DNA of 64,000 nt from Oopsacas minuta (lineage: Eukaryota > Animalia > Porifera). Position 1 is the stretch's first letter. The number at the start of each line of letters is the position of its first letter. The DNA lies in contig JAKMXF010000033.1 of assembly GCA_024704765.1 (NCBI GenBank), forward strand, positions 868,001 through 932,000. Reading direction: 5' to 3'. Shown here piece after piece: positions 61,501-64,000 of this stretch. Made by a program: the position numbers and the translations under genes. The notes under the pieces are model-generated. The model was not told where the DNA came from and did no database searches. It was given only the letters and a program-made list of their open reading frames with translations.

Positions 61501-62519
61501 TGACTGTCAGAAGAAGGAACAGGAGGGGGAGGGGGTGGGGGTGGGGGCGGTACCCCAGTGGTTTGAACGTCATTTATATACTCGTGGTTCTGTGCGGTCT
61601 CTTGCTGCTCTAGGAACTGGTTGATGTGTTGGAGTTGGTGAGGCTTCAGCTTAGGTTTGAACTCCTGAGCAGGTTCTAGGTCTGCCATACTGCTGGAGTG
61701 AGCAGTACCAGATGCTGTACTACCTGTCAGACCCAGTACACTGCTAGCAGCCTCCTTAAGCTTCTCTAGAGTACTAGAGAGAGGTATAGACATACTAGCG
61801 TTAGCTGATATAGCAGGTGCTGTTATAGGTGTAACTATATTAGCGTTAGATAACAGAGATTGGAGTGATTGTATATTCTGCAATAAATTAGGGGATAGAT
61901 TAGCAAGCTGTTGCTGAGCTTGTTGCTGCAGGAGAGCTTGTATGTGAGTCTGTTGTTGTTGTATTATAGCCACTGCATTTGCAGCTACTACTTCAGCAGC
62001 ATTCATAGACGGATCATGTTTAGAACCACTTTTAGAGTTAGAGGAATGACTACCAGGTCTAGGAGCTACCATGCCTAGCAGGGGTTGGATAACTGAGGGG
62101 GAGTATATGCCATTCTTTTGCCAGAGATTCAATACTCTGACTAGTTTTGGTATTTCAACCACTCTGCATTTGAGGAGGTTCTTGAATGTAGTTTGAATAT
62201 TCTTTGAGAACCTAGGAGCAAATACATCTTTCTCATTAGGGAAATAGTGTCTGGATTGCCGCACGATGGAGTCCATGACATACAGCCCGGGGACTTTATA
62301 CTCAGGTCTGCATTTCTGGATAAACTTCTCCACACAGTGCACTACGTGTTTATACATGCGGTGTGCCTTCATAGCGGATTTAGTAACAGAATTCATCTTT
62401 GCCTTTGAAACTGGTGGCTTCGTTTCACACATAGAATTCAGCTCAGAATTGAAACATTTTACTAATTCCATGCCTGACAATCCCTGATCATTCTCAATAT
62501 CAAATTCTTCAGTTGCCAT
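58530..62519 (-). CDS. SCAF8: SR-related CTD-associated factor 4/8 (CID + RS-rich + RRM + Pro-rich), single exon, ~1329 aa from the ATG at 62519
   Basis: CID domain (FNSELNSM…PPVSKAKM…YKHVVHCVEKFIQKCRPEYKVPGLYVMDSIVRQSR), an RS tract, and an RRM (SSTIWV…FGSIVSFDLIPSRGCAYVEM) followed by WDSTHGITYLPW. SCAF4 vs SCAF8 is not resolvable. Confidence 0.9.
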   Translation of the reverse strand: MATEEFDIENDQGLSGMELVKCFNSELNSMCETKPPVSKAKMNSVTKSAMKAHRMYKHVVHCVEKFIQKCRPEYKVPGLYVMDSIVRQSRHYFPNEKDVFAPRFSKNIQTTFKNLLKCRVVEIPKLVRVLNLWQKNGIYSPSVIQPLLGMVAPRPGSHSSNSKSGSKHDPSMNAAEVVAANAVAIIQQQQTHIQALLQQQAQQQLANLSPNLLQNIQSLQSLLSNANIVTPITAPAISANASMSIPLSSTLEKLKEAASSVLGLTGSTASGTAHSSSMADLEPAQEFKPKLKPHQLQHINQFLEQQETAQNHEYINDVQTTGVPPPPPPPPPPVPSSDSQQRRMERNLREFEREHKISHKRSSHDPWSEKRSRHSGKLLHKERIEQISDDEGGVDMDVGTPSPPIFEDTTRSFLDDFDYGDDQGEDERIEEQKRRVTQERNRVAKLSERNVIRFSSPTSVSPQLPMPMRPSFQPPQPIHPNQQPNPIHDDKIGDSIPTISRIQLGPSKQSPERTRPPSFIPNVIPMNPPPNQSIPPVRLPWIDPSLRPPPGLPMHAFPRPMLPTLPPGLPSRHLFPPPPFITPQQQRPPFSLPPPRHPFHPHTDFVPPTRPPVPQDNYPAHRADYPPKDVYHTRERDVYSSSGPRISSPICDNSDSPRGAFSRWRNTPSPPPEPRERDKKRQRFRRDSKDPPYEYEERRRYRSRSRSPDRDKDRERRRKRHNSYSPIERREKNKRRDKSRSPREKRKRRESEIKERDRTRITKDTESSYQSPPSKWKALETIEFSSSVKEQEGEKLQEIHKVNLRKENDKEKKHSFSLAKVKCISVLSSTIWVQVKKVAPNSERIIREKCEEFGSIVSFDLIPSRGCAYVEMETRESADKLVNVEREIKLGGINSKLVYAPGKGVKDDNFKQHWDSTHGITYLPWSIVTDKGIDLSELQEGGILDPDTLPPGVVVPEKKMYNPNIPPIFMPLPPMIPTFPPPPLTPSAAAIIPPTQSSFPGPPSVGLLPLPIPNSQPSNTPVLLNMPITSDVNQLNDHTMITASSPAASTDSTESINNANERNISTLTAPHVNTPERHPVPPTGPFPYLPKEFGHNPRLNIRPQSENEIEQFHNPPPFFAPPRPHRPPRPMFPPSPEFRAPPPGPIDPRFRQPRFPNMRPPSLPHPDHRFRIPPPIHMRGPPNMPHEFRVPPPRIHPPPIRHEFKVPALPAELKDNHITDSNNIETTAFPRPSTPPGYDKGPQKSEQSDTPTSSLEKDNSLAPPPTGRSPRDVSPTKTPEDSSSENTDLSISRPNKPLVAEYSGIYSPHSDDGSGEASEQKAQKSSPKT

Positions 62520-64000
62520 ATAGAAGTAGGTGATTATACAATATGAATTACAGGCAAGAACCAAGGCTCTATTTATCTACGTAACTAGCAGATGTAGTGT
62601 AGTAACTCGCAATAGGTATAAAGAGTACACTATCAAAGTAACTTACTGATGTTCCTCCGGGATAGAGCTGGAGATTACTCAAGCAGTGATCAAATATGTA
62701 TAACTCCTTCTCTGAAATATATGCTAATGATTGATTGAATCACTTGTATTCACACAACACGACTAACTTATCCAGTAGTAAACAATCTGTGTTGACTTGA
62801 TGATCCAATAGATCAGATTCTGAAACTGGAACTCAAAAATATTCTAAATTGATATGAAAGAGATACGTAAATAATGATATATTATAAATATCAGAAATTT
62901 TAACCAGATTAGTCGTTAACTGAGGCAAAGAAGCTGTGAGAATTATGTCGCAGACATAACATTTGAAATACCCTAGATACGTATGAAGGAGGAGTATAAG
63001 ACTTTCACAAACGAAACAGACACATTTTACCTTGGAAATCAGAGTATTGTAGAATGACGATGAATTTTTTCTGACTTTTGATGTTGGTGGCCATCAATTT
63101 GTCAAATTTGTAGTTTAGTTATCTATATTCAGATCCGTAGGCACCGGTCCGGTTTGTCAGGTTTCAACCTGACCACTTTGGCCTGCAAATTTCCAATATG
63201 TCACAATCTGTCAGGTTGTACAGTTCAACCTGGCCACTTAGTCAGGTTATATACAGCGGCGTCGGAAGGAAAGATTATTACCGCGGCCCGCGGTTCATTA
63301 ATAATATGTTCAAAAGTAAGGTTTACCCACCCATAAGGGAATTGTAAATACTTAATAGAAATGCATAGTTCTCTACCAAAGGGGTCTACCGTCATGTCTT
63401 AGGATGATAACATTGGAAACATTGGTAGGCCGTCAAAGCTGGAAATTTAGCTATTTTCCTGGCCGATTCTTAGAAGGAATACTGAATATACAGTGGTACA
63501 CCAATTTAGAATCCTTCCACTCGTCCCAATGTAACATATTGTTGTGACGGTGGGGCCTTGCTCTATGAGCCTGGGTAGCCGTAGTCCCCCAAAATCATGA
63601 TTTTGGATATACCCGTCAAAAAGATATACGTCATATTGCGTGATGGCCCAGGTCATTTGTCAATATTTAGTTAAAATTTCTTAGAAATATAATTTTCTAT
63701 AGAAACAAGCCTAAGATATGCGAAATTTCTACGCTTTCAGTGGTATTCAAATCAAATTTAGTTGCATTCCCCGAGGAAAAAGTTGCAAGAATTAAATCTT
63801 TTGAATACGAAATAATACCCAGCGTTTATATTATTGATGTTGAGATCGATTGATCGATAATGAATTTCAAGGCAAATATTGACAAATACAGTATATCCGT
63901 ATTTGATCTATTGAAGAATGGCGGCAATCGCGGCATTTCCAACGCCCCTATTTTATATAGCTTTACCTGTTTGCAGTATCCAACAGGACCACTTGTATTT

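Noticed and set aside
58779-62487. Alternative-frame and antisense ORFs within SCAF4/8 (e.g. 59587-60123, 178 aa)
   Set aside because: Explained by the GC-richer, Pro/Arg/Ser-biased codons of the real gene. No domain signal.

Overview
This is AT-rich, gene-dense and intron-poor eukaryotic (animal) genomic DNA. Tandem TRAF-like genes, a lineage-typical NHL-repeat pseudogene and many intronless housekeeping genes suggest a sponge, probably a hexactinellid; that assignment is inference only. Host genes in order: GAL3ST-like sulfotransferase, MAPKAPK5-like kinase, IDI1, IQANK1, an 8-repeat mini-filamin, two TRAF-like genes plus a decayed third copy, C9orf78/TLS1, HIBCH, cyclophilin A, QDPR, CEP19, DHRS7, a CHST-family sulfotransferase, DCAKD and SCAF4/8. 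The standout is a complete 3,112-bp RAG1-like/Transib-superfamily transposon at 32996-36107. It has a perfect 5-bp target-site duplication (GGATG) and both ends begin with the RSS heptamer CACAGTG. Its TIRs are bipartite and asymmetric (7- vs 16-bp spacer to a shared 13-bp box). It carries an uninterrupted ~710-aa transposase with an intact D-D-E triad, zinc ligands and a RAG1 nonamer-binding-domain-like segment, but no RAG2-like gene. The element sits inside a decayed TRAF paralogue. The window also holds a Tigger element with a broken transposase, a decayed MULE, Helitron-like repeats, two long foldback elements and many MITEs. All homology calls come from motif recognition by eye; no database searches were run.
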